The notes: generated from the letters alone by a model not told the origin. DNA of 64,000 bases from Opitutales bacterium (GCA_049598495.1 JBMYNR010000005.1:1-64000); one strand, 5' to 3'; positions 1-13,138 are shown, counted from the first letter of the stretch. Numbers and translations: made by a program.

Positions 1-422
1 CCCCGCCGGATTGGGTTGAAGATGGCTCCGTCTATTTCCTGACAATATGTTTGGAGGATAGGAGGTCTGAGGAGCTTCTCCAGCCAAAGGCTGCGGGAGC
101 TGTTCGAGATGCCGCGGCTGCTTATCAGAAAAATGGGATCTGGTGGGTAAATCTACTCGTTCTCATGCCAGATCATTTGCATGCCCTAATTTCATTCAAT
201 CAACGGGAGCGCTCCATGAGCAAAGCAATGCAGTCGTGGAAACGCTTTTTGAATCGGGAATTGGGTCTGCGATGGCAGCGCGGTTATTTTGACCATCGTA
301 TTCGGGGCGAAGATGCTCTCAGGGAGAAGGCGATGTATCTTCGAAACAATCCTGTTCGCGCCGGGCTGGTTTCGGCCGCGTCGGCTTGGCCCTACATCTG
401 GACTTCGGGCGACCTTTGGTAG
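1..422 (+). CDS. REP-associated tyrosine transposase (RAYT / TnpA-REP, IS200/IS605 Y1 HUH superfamily), 5'-truncated by window edge
   Basis: Frame is open from position 3 (PPDWVEDGSVYFLTICLEDR...). Motifs: YFLTIC, HUH motif MPDHLH, WQRGYFDHRIR, catalytic-Tyr helix YLRNNPVRAGLV, WPY. Directly followed by GTAG-type REP palindromes. Confidence 0.9.
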   Translation, partial: PPDWVEDGSVYFLTICLEDRRSEELLQPKAAGAVRDAAAAYQKNGIWWVNLLVLMPDHLHALISFNQRERSMSKAMQSWKRFLNRELGLRWQRGYFDHRIRGEDALREKAMYLRNNPVRAGLVSAASAWPYIWTSGDLW

Positions 423-504
423 CGGCGTTCGTCCCCGAACGCCATACGTTGAGCCAACGGAATCTTAGATCGTGCCGTGGCGTTCGTCCCCGAACGCCGC
501 TACC
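418..504. repeat. REP doublet (REPIN/BIME-like): two inverted 27-bp GTAG-type REP palindromes
   Basis: 418-444 reads GGTAG-C-GGCGTTCG-TCCC-CGAACGCC-A. 478-504 reads on the minus strand GGTAG-C-GGCGTTCG-GGGA-CGAACGCC-A. Spacer is 33 bp. Confidence 0.9.
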
Positions 505-2473
505 ATCTCTTCGCCGTGGCGACACGCAGGGTCTCGTAGCGGCTCGCGTCGACTTCCTGGATGAAGCGGCTCGGGTTGAGGCGCATGACTTGGTTGCCCT
601 GTTGGTTGAGCATGGGGTAGCTAAGGTAGAGTTCTTCCATGGCACGGGTCACCGCGACATAAAAGAGGCGACGCTCCTCTTCAAGGTCGCCCTCGTCGAT
701 GGTGCGCTTGAGTGGGAAGGTGCCGTCGGCTAGGCCAATGACGAAGACGACAGGAAATTCGAGGCCTTTGGCTTGGTGGATGGTGGTGAGGCGTAGGCAG
801 TTATTGGCCTCTTCCGGGCTGCGCTCGTTGCTCTCTGAGGCCAGTAAAACGAGTTGGGCGAGAAGCTCCTCCATCGTATCGAAACGGTTGGCAAAAGAGA
901 CAAGGCTCTGCAGGTCGTCTGCGCGGTCGGTCCAGTTGGGATAGATCTCTCGTATGTAGCTACTATACCAACCGTCGAGGGCCAGCTCGATGAGTTCGGC
1001 GGGCGCCTTCTCGGTGAGCGCCTCAGAGAGCTCGCGGATGGTTTCGGCCAGACTCGGCCACGCTTCCTTGGCATCGTTGGGGACCTTTTTGAGGACCTCT
1101 TCGGAGACAAGCACATCGCAGAAGTTTTTCTCCAGCTTCTCGGCTCGCTCTCGGGTAAACTTATGGAGCCGCTCGGCAGTTTTGGGGCCGACCTTGGGCA
1201 GAAGACAAGTAAAGCGTGTAAAGGCGGAGACATCTGCGGGGTTGGAGGCGAAGCGAAGTTGGGCAGTGAAGTCTTTGATGTGTGCCTGTTCAAAAAAGCG
1301 AACACCGCTGGTGATCTGGTAATCGATATTCAGTCGAGTGAGCTCCATCTGAAGATCCATCGCCTGGTAGTGTGCACGGTAGAGGACGGCGATCTCGGAC
1401 AGGTCGCGCCCTTCGTCTATGAGCCCCTCGATTCGCTCGATAATAAACCGCGCCTGGCCGCGGGTATCCATGACGGGCACAAAGTAAGGGCGCTCGCGGG
1501 ACTCTTTGATCGCCCGCAGTTCTTTGGTGTAACCGAGCCCGGCGGGTTGGTTAGCCAGCACGGCGTTGGCAAAGCGGAGGATCTCCGGGGTGCTGCGGTA
1601 GTTGGTTTCGATCTTATGGATCTCAGCGCCCGGGTGGCGCTCGCCGAACTGCATGATGTTATCGAAGTCGGCTCCGCGCCAAGTGTAGATACACTGAGCG
1701 TCGTCGCCGACTGCCATGACCTGGTGGTTGCCCGCGAGTTGATCGACGATGTCCGACTGTAACCGGTTTGTGTCCTGAAACTCATCGACGAGGATATGCT
1801 TGAAACGATCCTGGTATTGCTGGCGAACCTCGGGCTGCTCGCGAAGTAGCTTTAAGAGATACTCCAGTAGATCGTCGTAGTCGACCACCTGTTGATCGAG
1901 CTTAGCCTGCATGTAGGCCTTGTAGAACTGGTCGATTTTGCCCGCCATGCCGTCCAGGAATGGGTAGCGGTCGTCGGCCTCCTCGAAGGGCGTACGACAT
2001 GTGTTTCGCGCATAGCTGATCAGGTTGGCAATCACCTTGGGCTTGGGGTAGTTCTTCGTCTTGAGGAACTTCCCGTCGGTGCTTTGGATCACATTCTTCA
2101 GGATCGTCTCGGCCTCGCCCTCATCGAGAATGGTGTAGTGACGCTTGAGGCCGACGAGTTCCCCGTGGACGCGGAGGATACGCTGGGCGATACTATGAAA
2201 GGTGCCACCCCAGAGGTGTCGTCGGGATACGGCCGTGAGATCCTCAACTCGCTCGAGCATCTCGCGGGAGGCCTTATTGGTAAAGGTGAGCAGTAGAATT
2301 TCGTAGGGCTGAATGCCCTGGTGGAGTAGATAGGCTACCCGATAGGTGAGGGTGCGTGTCTTGCCGGATCCTGCGCCGGCCAGCACGAGTGCGGGGCCAT
2401 CGGGCGCAGTGACCGCTGCGAGTTGCTCCGGGTTGAGCTCGTTTTTGAAATCAATTTCAGGAAAGGGAAGCAT
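500..2473 (-). CDS. uvrD: ATP-dependent DNA helicase, UvrD/PcrA family
   Basis: LNPEQ Q-motif, Walker [64 protein letters not shown]. Confidence 0.95.
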   Translation of the reverse strand: MLPFPEIDFKNELNPEQLAAVTAPDGPALVLAGAGSGKTRTLTYRVAYLLHQGIQPYEILLLTFTNKASREMLERVEDLTAVSRRHLWGGTFHSIAQRILRVHGELVGLKRHYTILDEGEAETILKNVIQSTDGKFLKTKNYPKPKVIANLISYARNTCRTPFEEADDRYPFLDGMAGKIDQFYKAYMQAKLDQQVVDYDDLLEYLLKLLREQPEVRQQYQDRFKHILVDEFQDTNRLQSDIVDQLAGNHQVMAVGDDAQCIYTWRGADFDNIMQFGERHPGAEIHKIETNYRSTPEILRFANAVLANQPAGLGYTKELRAIKESRERPYFVPVMDTRGQARFIIERIEGLIDEGRDLSEIAVLYRAHYQAMDLQMELTRLNIDYQITSGVRFFEQAHIKDFTAQLRFASNPADVSAFTRFTCLLPKVGPKTAERLHKFTRERAEKLEKNFCDVLVSEEVLKKVPNDAKEAWPSLAETIRELSEALTEKAPAELIELALDGWYSSYIREIYPNWTDRADDLQSLVSFANRFDTMEELLAQLVLLASESNERSPEEANNCLRLTTIHQAKGLEFPVVFVIGLADGTFPLKRTIDEGDLEEERRLFYVAVTRAMEELYLSYPMLNQQGNQVMRLNPSRFIQEVDASRYETLRVATAKRW

Positions 2474-2567
2474 GGTGTGTTGTGAAGTGGAAAGTGGAGA
2501 GTGGAGAAGCGCAAACGCTTAATCCTAATAGGTTGCGGTTTATCACTTCCTGGTTTCTCTACTTCGA

Positions 2568-3995
2568 ATGCAAATCATTCCGTCCAGTATGTTGCCCGAA
2601 CGTGATGAGGGGGCACTGCGCCAGTTTCTGGAGGGCTGCCGCGAGGCTGCGCGGGAAAAGGGGCACTTTCAAATCGCGAGTATTTCGCTGGCGGTGAAGC
2701 ACATCGCGCCGCTGGCGGTGCTGCAGTCGATCTACGAGCCGAGTGAGTTGCATTGCTATTTGGAGCGGGCAGCGGATGACGAGTCGGTCGCTGCTGCAGA
2801 GGCGGTCGTGCAGGCACGCTTTGACGGGTCTGGGCGATTTGCCGCGGTGAAGGCCTTTGCAGATGAGATTCTGGACAATACCATTGCGGTAGGTGACCTT
2901 AGTGAAGCCTTCACCGGGCCGCATTTCTTCACGGCTTTCAGTTTTGACGAATCCGTTCCTGAAGATGCGGCCTTTCCTGCGGCGACGGTCTTCCTGCCGC
3001 GCTGGCAGGTTTCCCGGTCGAAGGGTAAATATGGGGCTGTGGCCAACCTGAAGATCGAGGCGGATACCGATATCGACAGTCTCGTCATGCGGGTCTGGGG
3101 TGCCTATCGGAAGTTCGGCGCTTTCGATTACGATGGAGAAGTCGAATCAACGGAATGCCCCTCGGCCAAGGTGAAGGGGCGGCGTGAATTGGCTCCCGAC
3201 CGCTACCCTGAGGCGGTGTCTCATGCATTGGAAGCGATCGGTTCAGGCGCGTATGAGAAAATTGTTCTGGCTCGTGGCATCGAGCTTGAGGCGGACCGCC
3301 CGTGGGAGCCGCTGAATGCCTTGAATCGCTTGCGCGAACGCTTTTCCGGATGTTTTACCTTCTCTTTCGGCGGCGGTGATGCCCGGAGTTTTATTGGTGC
3401 GACTCCCGAGCGACTCCTGCAGATTCGCAATGGGCGTCTCCTGACCGAGGCGATCGCCGGCTCAGCGCCCCGTGGTCAGACGGCGGGTGAGGATGCAAAA
3501 TTTGCACGTGAGCTCCTGGAGAGTGAGAAAGACCTTCACGAGCACGTCTGCGTGCGCGATTCGATTCTGCGGCGCCTTGAAAAAGTCGGCTTGAACGGTC
3601 GTTCTGAAGCGAATGCTCAAATTCTGCTTCTTGCCAATGTCCAGCATTTGCGCACACGCATCGAAGCCGAGGTAGGTGAAGCGATACATCTTCTTGATAT
3701 TTTGCCCGAAATGCACCCGACCCCGGCGGTGGGCGGTTCGCCGAGAGAGGCAGCCGTGCCCTGTATTGCCGAGCTCGAGCAGCTTGAACGTGGGCTTTAT
3801 GCAGGTGTGGTCGGTTGGTTTAATCATTTGAATGAGGGTGAGATGGTGGTCGGCATCCGTTCGGCTTTAATTGAGGGACAAACGGCCCGTCTCCATGCGG
3901 GCGCAGGCATTGTTGAGGGCTCCGACCCCGAAAAGGAGATGCGGGAAACTGATATTAAATTGCGGGCGCTTCTTGATGTACTGACAGGAGAGTAG
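2568..3995 (+). CDS. menF: Isochorismate synthase (MenF-like, chorismate-binding MST family)
   Basis: [66 protein letters not shown]. Confidence 0.85.
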   Translation: MQIIPSSMLPERDEGALRQFLEGCREAAREKGHFQIASISLAVKHIAPLAVLQSIYEPSELHCYLERAADDESVAAAEAVVQARFDGSGRFAAVKAFADEILDNTIAVGDLSEAFTGPHFFTAFSFDESVPEDAAFPAATVFLPRWQVSRSKGKYGAVANLKIEADTDIDSLVMRVWGAYRKFGAFDYDGEVESTECPSAKVKGRRELAPDRYPEAVSHALEAIGSGAYEKIVLARGIELEADRPWEPLNALNRLRERFSGCFTFSFGGGDARSFIGATPERLLQIRNGRLLTEAIAGSAPRGQTAGEDAKFARELLESEKDLHEHVCVRDSILRRLEKVGLNGRSEANAQILLLANVQHLRTRIEAEVGEAIHLLDILPEMHPTPAVGGSPREAAVPCIAELEQLERGLYAGVVGWFNHLNEGEMVVGIRSALIEGQTARLHAGAGIVEGSDPEKEMRETDIKLRALLDVLTGE

Positions 3996-4071
3996 AGCAT
4001 AGTTTTCCCCTTGCGGGTTTGATATTATGAGATTCCCTCCTCTGACTACTAAATACTAAATACTTTTTGAA

Positions 4072-5532
4072 ATGGCAAAGGACTGGCTTGAAGGCATTGA
4101 AGATGAATACGACGTCGTGGTCGTGGGTTCCGGTTTAGGTGGGCTGACCGGCGCAAACTATCTGGCCAAGAACGGGCACAAAGTCCTCCTGCTTGAGCAC
4201 CATTACCAATTTGGCGGTCTGGCGACCTGGTTTAAACGTCCCGGCGGTCATATCTTCGATATTTCCCTTCACGGCTTCCCCTACGGGATGGTTAAGAGCT
4301 GCCGCAAATACTGGACCAAGGAGATCGCTGACTCGATCCACCAGTTGAAGGATGTTCGATTTATCAACCCGCAGATGAATGTGTGGACGACTTTTGACCG
4401 TGATGATTTCACCAAGATCCTCGTCGAGGATTTCAAGATCGACCGCGAGAAGGTCGAGGCCTTCTACGATCATCTGCGCAAGATGAACTTCTACGACGAC
4501 AATACCCAGACTACGGGTGAGATGTTTGAAGAATTTTTCCCCGGGCGTAGCGATGTGCACCGTCTTCTGATGGAACCGATCTCCTACGCCAATGGCTCTC
4601 ATGTGGATGATCCCGCGATTACTTACGGAATCGTATTCTCGAACTTCATGAGCAAGGGCGTGTTCACCTTTCAGGGCGGCACCGATACTTTGATCAAGAA
4701 GATGGTGGCTGAGTTGAAGAACAACGGATGCGAGGTGCGCAAGTGTGCCCTTGTCGACGGGATCGATGTTGAAGACGGCAAAGTCGTCGGAGTGCGGGCC
4801 CGCAGTCAAAATACTGGCGAGGAAGAGTTCCCCGTGCGTTCGATCAAATGTAAAGCCGTGCTCTCCAATGCGAACGTGCGTAATACGATTCAGCACCTCG
4901 TCGGCGAAGATAAGTTCAGTGAAGATTTCGTGGAGGAGGTAAAAGCGGTGCGCAACAACACCAGTTCCTGCCAAGTTTATATGGGCATCAAAAAGGGTGA
5001 AAAGATTCCAAACATCGGTGATTTGGTTTTCACTTCGAAGGCGCCCGAGTATTCCATCGATGAGCTGACCTCGATCAAGACCAGTAGTCATACCTTCTCC
5101 GTTTACTACCCTGAGACGCGCCCCCATCTTTCGCAGGATCGCTACACGGTAGTGGCTTCGCTCAACGCCCGCTGGGATGAATGGAACGATCTCACCGACG
5201 AGGCGTATCAAGCCGAGAAGCAGCGCCTCTGCGATGAGTGCGTGGCCAGCCTGGAGACCTTTATCCCTGGTGTGAGCGAGAAGATCGATCACATCGAGGC
5301 GGCCACGCCGCGCACCGTGAATTACTATACGAAGTCGATGCAGGGCACTTCGTTTGGGACGAAGTTCGAAGGCCTGAAGGTTTCGATGGAGCTATCCGAT
5401 CAGGTGGAAGGCCTCTACCACGCCGGCTCCGTTGGTATCATCATGTCCGGGTGGCTCGGCACCATGAATTATGGTGTGATCACAGCCAATAAGATGGACA
5501 AGTGGCTCTACGAAGAAGCCAAGGCGAGCTAG
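4072..5532 (+). CDS. FAD-dependent oxidoreductase, phytoene desaturase / retinol saturase-like family
   Basis: N-terminal dinucleotide-binding [10 protein letters not shown]...LLLEHH..FGG; C-terminal ATPRT..Y....G..FG and GLYHAG typical of the CrtI/RetSat superfamily. Confidence 0.8.
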   Translation: MAKDWLEGIEDEYDVVVVGSGLGGLTGANYLAKNGHKVLLLEHHYQFGGLATWFKRPGGHIFDISLHGFPYGMVKSCRKYWTKEIADSIHQLKDVRFINPQMNVWTTFDRDDFTKILVEDFKIDREKVEAFYDHLRKMNFYDDNTQTTGEMFEEFFPGRSDVHRLLMEPISYANGSHVDDPAITYGIVFSNFMSKGVFTFQGGTDTLIKKMVAELKNNGCEVRKCALVDGIDVEDGKVVGVRARSQNTGEEEFPVRSIKCKAVLSNANVRNTIQHLVGEDKFSEDFVEEVKAVRNNTSSCQVYMGIKKGEKIPNIGDLVFTSKAPEYSIDELTSIKTSSHTFSVYYPETRPHLSQDRYTVVASLNARWDEWNDLTDEAYQAEKQRLCDECVASLETFIPGVSEKIDHIEAATPRTVNYYTKSMQGTSFGTKFEGLKVSMELSDQVEGLYHAGSVGIIMSGWLGTMNYGVITANKMDKWLYEEAKAS

Positions 5533-6080
5533 GCGTCTCTCACTAAAAGGGTAAACTCGCGGAATTTTGGATGATCCGCGCTGCCGATCAGGCTGTAAAA
5601 GATGGTTTCGCTCGGAAGAACATGTGCGTCCATGGCGAGGAGTTGCCGGATAACAGCTTCCCGATCTTCTTTCCGTCGCTCGCTGATGCAATCGGCGAGC
5701 AGTGTGACGCCCATGTCCTCGCTCAAGGCCTGAACGGCAGTCTGATAGATACAAATGGAGCTCTCGATGCCTGCGATCAGCAGATGATCGATCTGATTGG
5801 CTTCGATCCAGCGATGTAGCCCATCGGCTTCAAGGGCGGAGAAGGCACACTTATCGAAGATGGGAGTATTGGGATCCCAGATTGAGGTGATCGATTCCGT
5901 TGTGCCCCCCAGTTTCTCAGGTCGCTGCTCGGTCGCTGCGACGGCGACACCCAAGAGCTCGGCCGCTCTCAGGGCAAAACCGGTGCGTTCGAGCAGACGT
6001 TCCCGGTCGGGTATGGTTTTTAGGAAGACATCTTGGAAATCGACGAGTAGTAGGCCGAGGTGGTTGCTTGGATTGGACAT
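5529..6080 (-). CDS. Isochorismatase-family cysteine hydrolase (YcaC/ISOC-like)
   Basis: [35 protein letters not shown] (Cys nucleophile), DCISER. Confidence 0.85.
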   Translation of the reverse strand: MSNPSNHLGLLLVDFQDVFLKTIPDRERLLERTGFALRAAELLGVAVAATEQRPEKLGGTTESITSIWDPNTPIFDKCAFSALEADGLHRWIEANQIDHLLIAGIESSICIYQTAVQALSEDMGVTLLADCISERRKEDREAVIRQLLAMDAHVLPSETIFYSLIGSADHPKFREFTLLVRDA

Positions 6081-6120
6081 GGATGCAGATGAATGATGAT
6101 GGATGAATGATGACGGAAGG

Positions 6121-6801
6121 TCAGACCGGATCGGTTAGGCGTTTGCTGTGGGCGTAGGCTTTATTAGCGCGCACTTGGACGAGGGATCGATCTTCGATCA
6201 CATAGGCCGTAAGATGGCCGCCGTAGACGCAGCCCGTGTCGATACCCATTGATCCCGGGAGGTCGAGGACATTGGACCGTGGGGTGTGCCCATAAACGAC
6301 GAACGGTTTGCCGCCCCAGTTTATAGCCCACGAGGGTGCGTCCGGCGCATCGGCGCGCTTGGTCGCCCGGCCCTTGGAGTCAATGACCTGGATACTTGTG
6401 ATGACCTGGAGCGGCTGTGTTTGCCACGGCTCATCCGGTAAGAAGCCGCCGTGTACGAGAACGGTGTCGAGCGGACGATCGAAGATGAATTTCTGCATCT
6501 TACTGAGATACTTCCAGTCGGACTGGGTCAGCTGCTCTATCGTCTCCAGGTCGTAGTCTTTGAGTCGGTCTTTGTTGCCCGTTTCCCTGTAGGTCAGGAG
6601 GCGGAGTTCATGGTTCCCGATGATTGACTCGACCTTGTATTCCCGCGCCAGCTCGATTGCGCGATGGCTGTCCGGGCCGCGGTTGATCAGATCGCCCAAT
6701 TGGATAACGCGATCCTCCGGTTCCAGATTGAGTGCGACGAGCAGCTCTTCGAATTCATCGGCGCAGCCGTGGACGTCTCCAATGGCAATGGTTCTCGGCA
6801 T
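6121..6801 (-). CDS. Calcineurin-like metallophosphoesterase (ApaH/PrpE-like)
   Basis: GDVHG, GDLINRGPDS, GNHE, VHGG, YGHTP, IDTGCVYGGHLTA. Confidence 0.9.
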   Translation of the reverse strand: MPRTIAIGDVHGCADEFEELLVALNLEPEDRVIQLGDLINRGPDSHRAIELAREYKVESIIGNHELRLLTYRETGNKDRLKDYDLETIEQLTQSDWKYLSKMQKFIFDRPLDTVLVHGGFLPDEPWQTQPLQVITSIQVIDSKGRATKRADAPDAPSWAINWGGKPFVVYGHTPRSNVLDLPGSMGIDTGCVYGGHLTAYVIEDRSLVQVRANKAYAHSKRLTDPV

Positions 6802-7103
6802 GTTAGGTTCGTTAAAAGACGCGGGTAGATTTCAACCCTCAATCCTAGCTGCAAGCATAATTGTCTCCATCGAAGCCGTACGAGTTCAAAATCAAGGATC
6901 CCTAATTAGGGCTTTGTATTTAATATACGCGGCGAACTCTTCGTGTCGCACGTCGGCGAAAGCCGTTCTGAATGGTCTCCGAGCGTTTTAACACTGTCGT
7001 CAGCGTTCTACACAATGATTCTCTGTGCTTACAAATCGTCTCCGAGTTTTGGTTGCAAGATGGAGATGTATTCTCAGGCTCGGTGAAAAACCGGATTTCA
7101 CAA

Positions 7104-7601
7104 ATGGATTGGCACATAAAAACAATTGCACGCACGTCGACCCACAGCGGTGAGTCGTTCGCCCCGGGCGACCGTGTGGATTGTATTATTTTCAAGGACG
7201 AGGAAGCGGGAGAATTGGGACGGGCCGATTTGCAGCCTGAGGAACTTGCATCCTTCAAGCTCCCGGGTGAGGTACTCGGTCGATGGTCCCGTATCGTCAA
7301 GGACCCCGATGATGAAGCTGCGAACGCGAGAGAGACCATGGCTTCTGCGGAAGATTTCTTCTTCTCGCTTTATGAAAATGAGAAGCCGGAAGCGAAGGAA
7401 GAATCCGATATGTTGAAGCACCTGCTTGCCTTGATGCTTGAGCGCAAACGGGTTCTCCGCGCCACGGGGCCACGTCAAGTGGAAGGCGTCCAGACTTACG
7501 TCCATGTGAAGGCGAAGCGCGAGGTCATTGTGCCTATTGCGGAAATTTCAACTGAACTTATGCTCAAGATTGAGGATACAATTGGAGACATCATTCTCTA
7601 G
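7104..7601 (+). CDS. Hypothetical protein
   Basis: Likely start at ATG 7104 (MDWHIKTIAR...). Protein-like composition; first of three closely spaced co-directional ORFs. Confidence 0.7.
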   Translation: MDWHIKTIARTSTHSGESFAPGDRVDCIIFKDEEAGELGRADLQPEELASFKLPGEVLGRWSRIVKDPDDEAANARETMASAEDFFFSLYENEKPEAKEESDMLKHLLALMLERKRVLRATGPRQVEGVQTYVHVKAKREVIVPIAEISTELMLKIEDTIGDIIL

Positions 7602-7616
7602 GGACCCCCACAAACC

Positions 7617-8117
7617 ATGAATCATATTTTTAGAACCCTGCTTCTCTTTAGTTCGATCTGCGTTCTTCTCGGAGGATGTAAAAAAGACGATACCATTGAG
7701 GGCCTAAAGGTGCCGCGGTTGATGATCGAATCCCGCGGTGTGAGTTATGGTAGCCTGACTGGGGAGACCATCGTTCTCCCCGTTAGCGGGACAAGGATCC
7801 AGTTACAAAAGGAGCCTTTGGTGAACGAATTTGAAATCATGAATATCGAACTCGTCGAGGTCGATATGGGCATGGCTCTCCTTCTTCAGTTAAGCGAGAG
7901 AGGGGCTCGCGAACTCTACCGTGGATCGGTCACAAACATGGGCGGACGAATTGTCCTTACTGTGAACGGGAATCCTATCGGTGCTCGTCGGATCGACGGC
8001 GCGATACAGGATGGAAATTTCTATACTTTCGCCGAGGTTGATGAAGCCGAGTTGGGGGCGCTTGTTTTGGATCTAAGGGAATCCCTTTCTGAGTTGAGAG
8101 AGCTCAAAAACAAGTAG
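7617..8117 (+). CDS. Putative lipoprotein with a SecD/SecF P1-head-like domain
   Basis: Signal peptide with lipobox LLGG-C. The segment LSERGARELYRGSVTNMGGRIVLTVNGNPIGARRIDGAIQDG resembles the SecD periplasmic head pattern. Confidence 0.6.
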   Translation: MNHIFRTLLLFSSICVLLGGCKKDDTIEGLKVPRLMIESRGVSYGSLTGETIVLPVSGTRIQLQKEPLVNEFEIMNIELVEVDMGMALLLQLSERGARELYRGSVTNMGGRIVLTVNGNPIGARRIDGAIQDGNFYTFAEVDEAELGALVLDLRESLSELRELKNK

Positions 8118-8142
8118 GCTCATTGGCCTTCGGTATTTCCGA

Positions 8143-9138
8143 ATGAGGCTCCTTTTCATCCTTCTGCTTTCGTCAGCGTCCGCGCTTCAGGCGAGCCTGC
8201 TTTGGCCGACGCCGAACCCCGCATTTCAGCAGGGGAAACCGATCGAAACCTACATCCAGCCAACCATCTCGGGCAACCCGAGTTCGGGGCTCTTTGGTTG
8301 CGTGCGCAATGGAGGCAGTCGTTTTCACGAGGGCATTGATCTCTATCCAATCAAACGGGATAGTCGTGGTGAAGCACTCGATCCGATTTTCTCCGTGCTC
8401 CCCGGCAAGGTCGTCCATGTGAGTCGTATTTCCGGATACAGTAGCTACGGCCGTTATGTCGTGGTGGAGCATGACGGTGAAGTGCCGGCTTACCACACCC
8501 TTTACTCCCATCTAGCCAGCGTGGCGGAGGGCATCGCGCCCGGCGTGCGCGTGGAGCAGGGGACAGTCCTCGGGGTCATGGGGCGGTCCGCGACTTACAC
8601 GATCCCACGCAGTCGCGCCCACCTGCATTTCGAGATTGGCTTTCGCTTAAGCGACGATTTTCAAACATGGTTCGACCGCCAGAACTTCAGTAGCGTGAAC
8701 CGTCATGGTATATGGAATGGAATGAACCTCGTGAGTATCGATCCGAAGCGTTTCTATGAGGCAATCCGGGTGGGTGAGGTGAGCAACCTTCGGGACCATC
8801 TTCGCCGCCTTCCGCCCGCTGCCCGCATCCGCGTTCATACTAGGAAGGTGCCCGACTTTGTTAAGAACTATCCGGCATTGCTGACGCGCCCATATTCGGG
8901 AAAGACAGTCATCGCGTGGGATATTGCCTTTACCCGGTATGGTCTGCCTCGGGAATGGACGCCGCGCTTTAATGGTGAGGGGCTTTCCGGGCGCCCCGGC
9001 GATGTCAAGGTGATCGCCTATAACCCGTCCCTGATTAAGCCGCAGACCTGTAAACGAGTTCTTGATATTCGCAATGGAAAGCCGAGCATTTCCTCGGAAA
9101 CGATCACGACGATTAAGAAGTTGTTCGGTTTTAAATGA
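8143..9138 (+). CDS. M23 family metallopeptidase, exported
   Basis: Signal peptide; HEGID (HxxxD), YGRYVVVEH, LYSHL, HLHFEI (HxH). Confidence 0.9.
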   Translation: MRLLFILLLSSASALQASLLWPTPNPAFQQGKPIETYIQPTISGNPSSGLFGCVRNGGSRFHEGIDLYPIKRDSRGEALDPIFSVLPGKVVHVSRISGYSSYGRYVVVEHDGEVPAYHTLYSHLASVAEGIAPGVRVEQGTVLGVMGRSATYTIPRSRAHLHFEIGFRLSDDFQTWFDRQNFSSVNRHGIWNGMNLVSIDPKRFYEAIRVGEVSNLRDHLRRLPPAARIRVHTRKVPDFVKNYPALLTRPYSGKTVIAWDIAFTRYGLPREWTPRFNGEGLSGRPGDVKVIAYNPSLIKPQTCKRVLDIRNGKPSISSETITTIKKLFGFK

Positions 9139-9160
9139 GCTTTAGGCCCGGTTGGCGGCG

Positions 9161-11698
<2,538 letters not shown>

Positions 11699-11838
11699 AG
11701 ACAAAACACGCTCAAGCCCCCGCAGATAACGGAGGCTCGCTACTATTTTCCGAGAGAAAGCGGCGAATAAAACTGGCGTCAACCCTCTTTCTGGTTTTTG
11801 AGATTCGCAGTCACGTGCACTCTTCTCTTTCTTAAGGT

Positions 11839-13059
11839 ATGCCTTCTATCCGTAAAATCCGCTATATGCTCGCACAAGCGGCGGATGATTTCGCGCGCTT
11901 CACCGCAGATGTCATCTATGACCGTCGGCACGATCGAGCGGCAGAGTTAATGGCCAGCTTACTTTATGGATTATCCTTCCTATTCAGCGGGCTCGTGCAG
12001 CTTCGCTGGTATTTCTACGAGCATCGTATATTGAGGAATAAACCGCTTGGCTGTCTCGTTGTCGTCGTCGGAAACCTAACGGTTGGAGGCACAGGCAAGA
12101 CACCTGTAGTGGAGAAACTGGCCCGTACACTTAATGAGCGCGGGCGCAAGGTGGCGATTCTCAGTCGCGGTTACAAAAGCAAGAAAGAGCCTCTGCCGAA
12201 GAAGTTATGGCGGAAGCTCAGCCACGGAGAAGAAGATCCGCCTAAGATTGTCAGTGATGGCAAGTCCGTGCTTCTTGATTCTGAAGTCGCTGGCGACGAG
12301 CCCTACATGCTGGCTCGCAATCTCCCCGGGGTGGTCGTGCTATGCGACAAGAACCGGGTGAAGGCCGGCTCATTTGCGATTCGGCGATTCGGTTGCGACA
12401 CATTAATTCTGGATGACGGTTTCCAATACCTGCCCCTGAAGGGTCGCTTGAATCTTCTGCTTGTCGACAAGACAAACCCATTCGGCAACCAGCACTTGCT
12501 CCCACGTGGAATTCTTCGCGAACCAATCAAGCATCTGGCCCGTGCGAGTTATATCTTTCTGACCAAATCCGACGGTATTCAGGATGATGCGCTCCTCGAG
12601 TTGATTCGTGAGCATAATCCGCAGGCGGAAATCATCGAATGTGCTCACCGCCCGCAATATCTTCAATCGGTCGACAGTGACGAGTGCTTGCCCCTGGATG
12701 TGCTTTCGGGAGCGAAGGTCGGGGCTTTCAGCGGGATCGCATCACCCGAGAGTTTTGAGAATATGCTGCGCGATTTTGGCGCTGAGATTCGATATAACCA
12801 ACGCTTTCTTGATCACCACCGTTTTACACGTTACGAGATTGAACAACTCTACCGGAAAGCAGGGAACGCCGAACTGGATATGATTGTAACGACCGAGAAG
12901 GATGCGGTTCGTTTGTTTGATGACATGAAGGCGTCCGTCCCGGTTTATTACCTTCGGTTGGAGATCGATATTCTATCGGGGGAGGAGGATTTCGAAAGCG
13001 CCACCGAGCGGATATGCCGCCCGCGTATAGAGCAACCGTCCATCACCCGCGCTTCATAG
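11839..13059 (+). CDS. lpxK: Tetraacyldisaccharide 4'-kinase
   Basis: [57 protein letters not shown]. Confidence 0.95.
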   Translation: MPSIRKIRYMLAQAADDFARFTADVIYDRRHDRAAELMASLLYGLSFLFSGLVQLRWYFYEHRILRNKPLGCLVVVVGNLTVGGTGKTPVVEKLARTLNERGRKVAILSRGYKSKKEPLPKKLWRKLSHGEEDPPKIVSDGKSVLLDSEVAGDEPYMLARNLPGVVVLCDKNRVKAGSFAIRRFGCDTLILDDGFQYLPLKGRLNLLLVDKTNPFGNQHLLPRGILREPIKHLARASYIFLTKSDGIQDDALLELIREHNPQAEIIECAHRPQYLQSVDSDECLPLDVLSGAKVGAFSGIASPESFENMLRDFGAEIRYNQRFLDHHRFTRYEIEQLYRKAGNAELDMIVTTEKDAVRLFDDMKASVPVYYLRLEIDILSGEEDFESATERICRPRIEQPSITRAS

Positions 13060-13138
13060 GGTCAAATTTTGAAAGGTGCTTGATCTTAGTGTTCAATTGG
13101 GGCACAGCTTTCTTTTCCAGAGACTCAACTTATCTATT

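Noticed and set aside
1..422. IS200/IS605 insertion sequence
   Set aside because: No tnpB. The WQRGYFDHRIR and NNPVRAG motifs and the adjacent GTAG palindromes fit RAYT better. The left end is outside the window.
418..504. Possible CRISPR repeat pair
   Set aside because: Only two copies, in inverted orientation with respect to GTAG, next to a RAYT and with no cas genes. It fits a REP doublet.
4135..5292. Long antisense ORFs (e.g. 4135-5292, 854-1762, 27653-28495, 43105-43860, 50965-51711, 55360-56004)
   Set aside because: They are shadow frames opposite well-supported genes with biased codon usage and contain no recognisable motifs.
2568..6080. Siderophore (2,3-dihydroxybenzoate) cluster from isochorismate synthase plus 'isochorismatase'
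   Set aside because: The hydrolase is convergent and of the YcaC/ISOC type with a Cys nucleophile. There are no entA/entE/NRPS genes, so the proximity is probably coincidental.
6880..6895. tRNA T-loop-like GAGTTCAAAATC
   Set aside because: No cloverleaf, acceptor stem or D-arm can be built, and the loop spacing is wrong.
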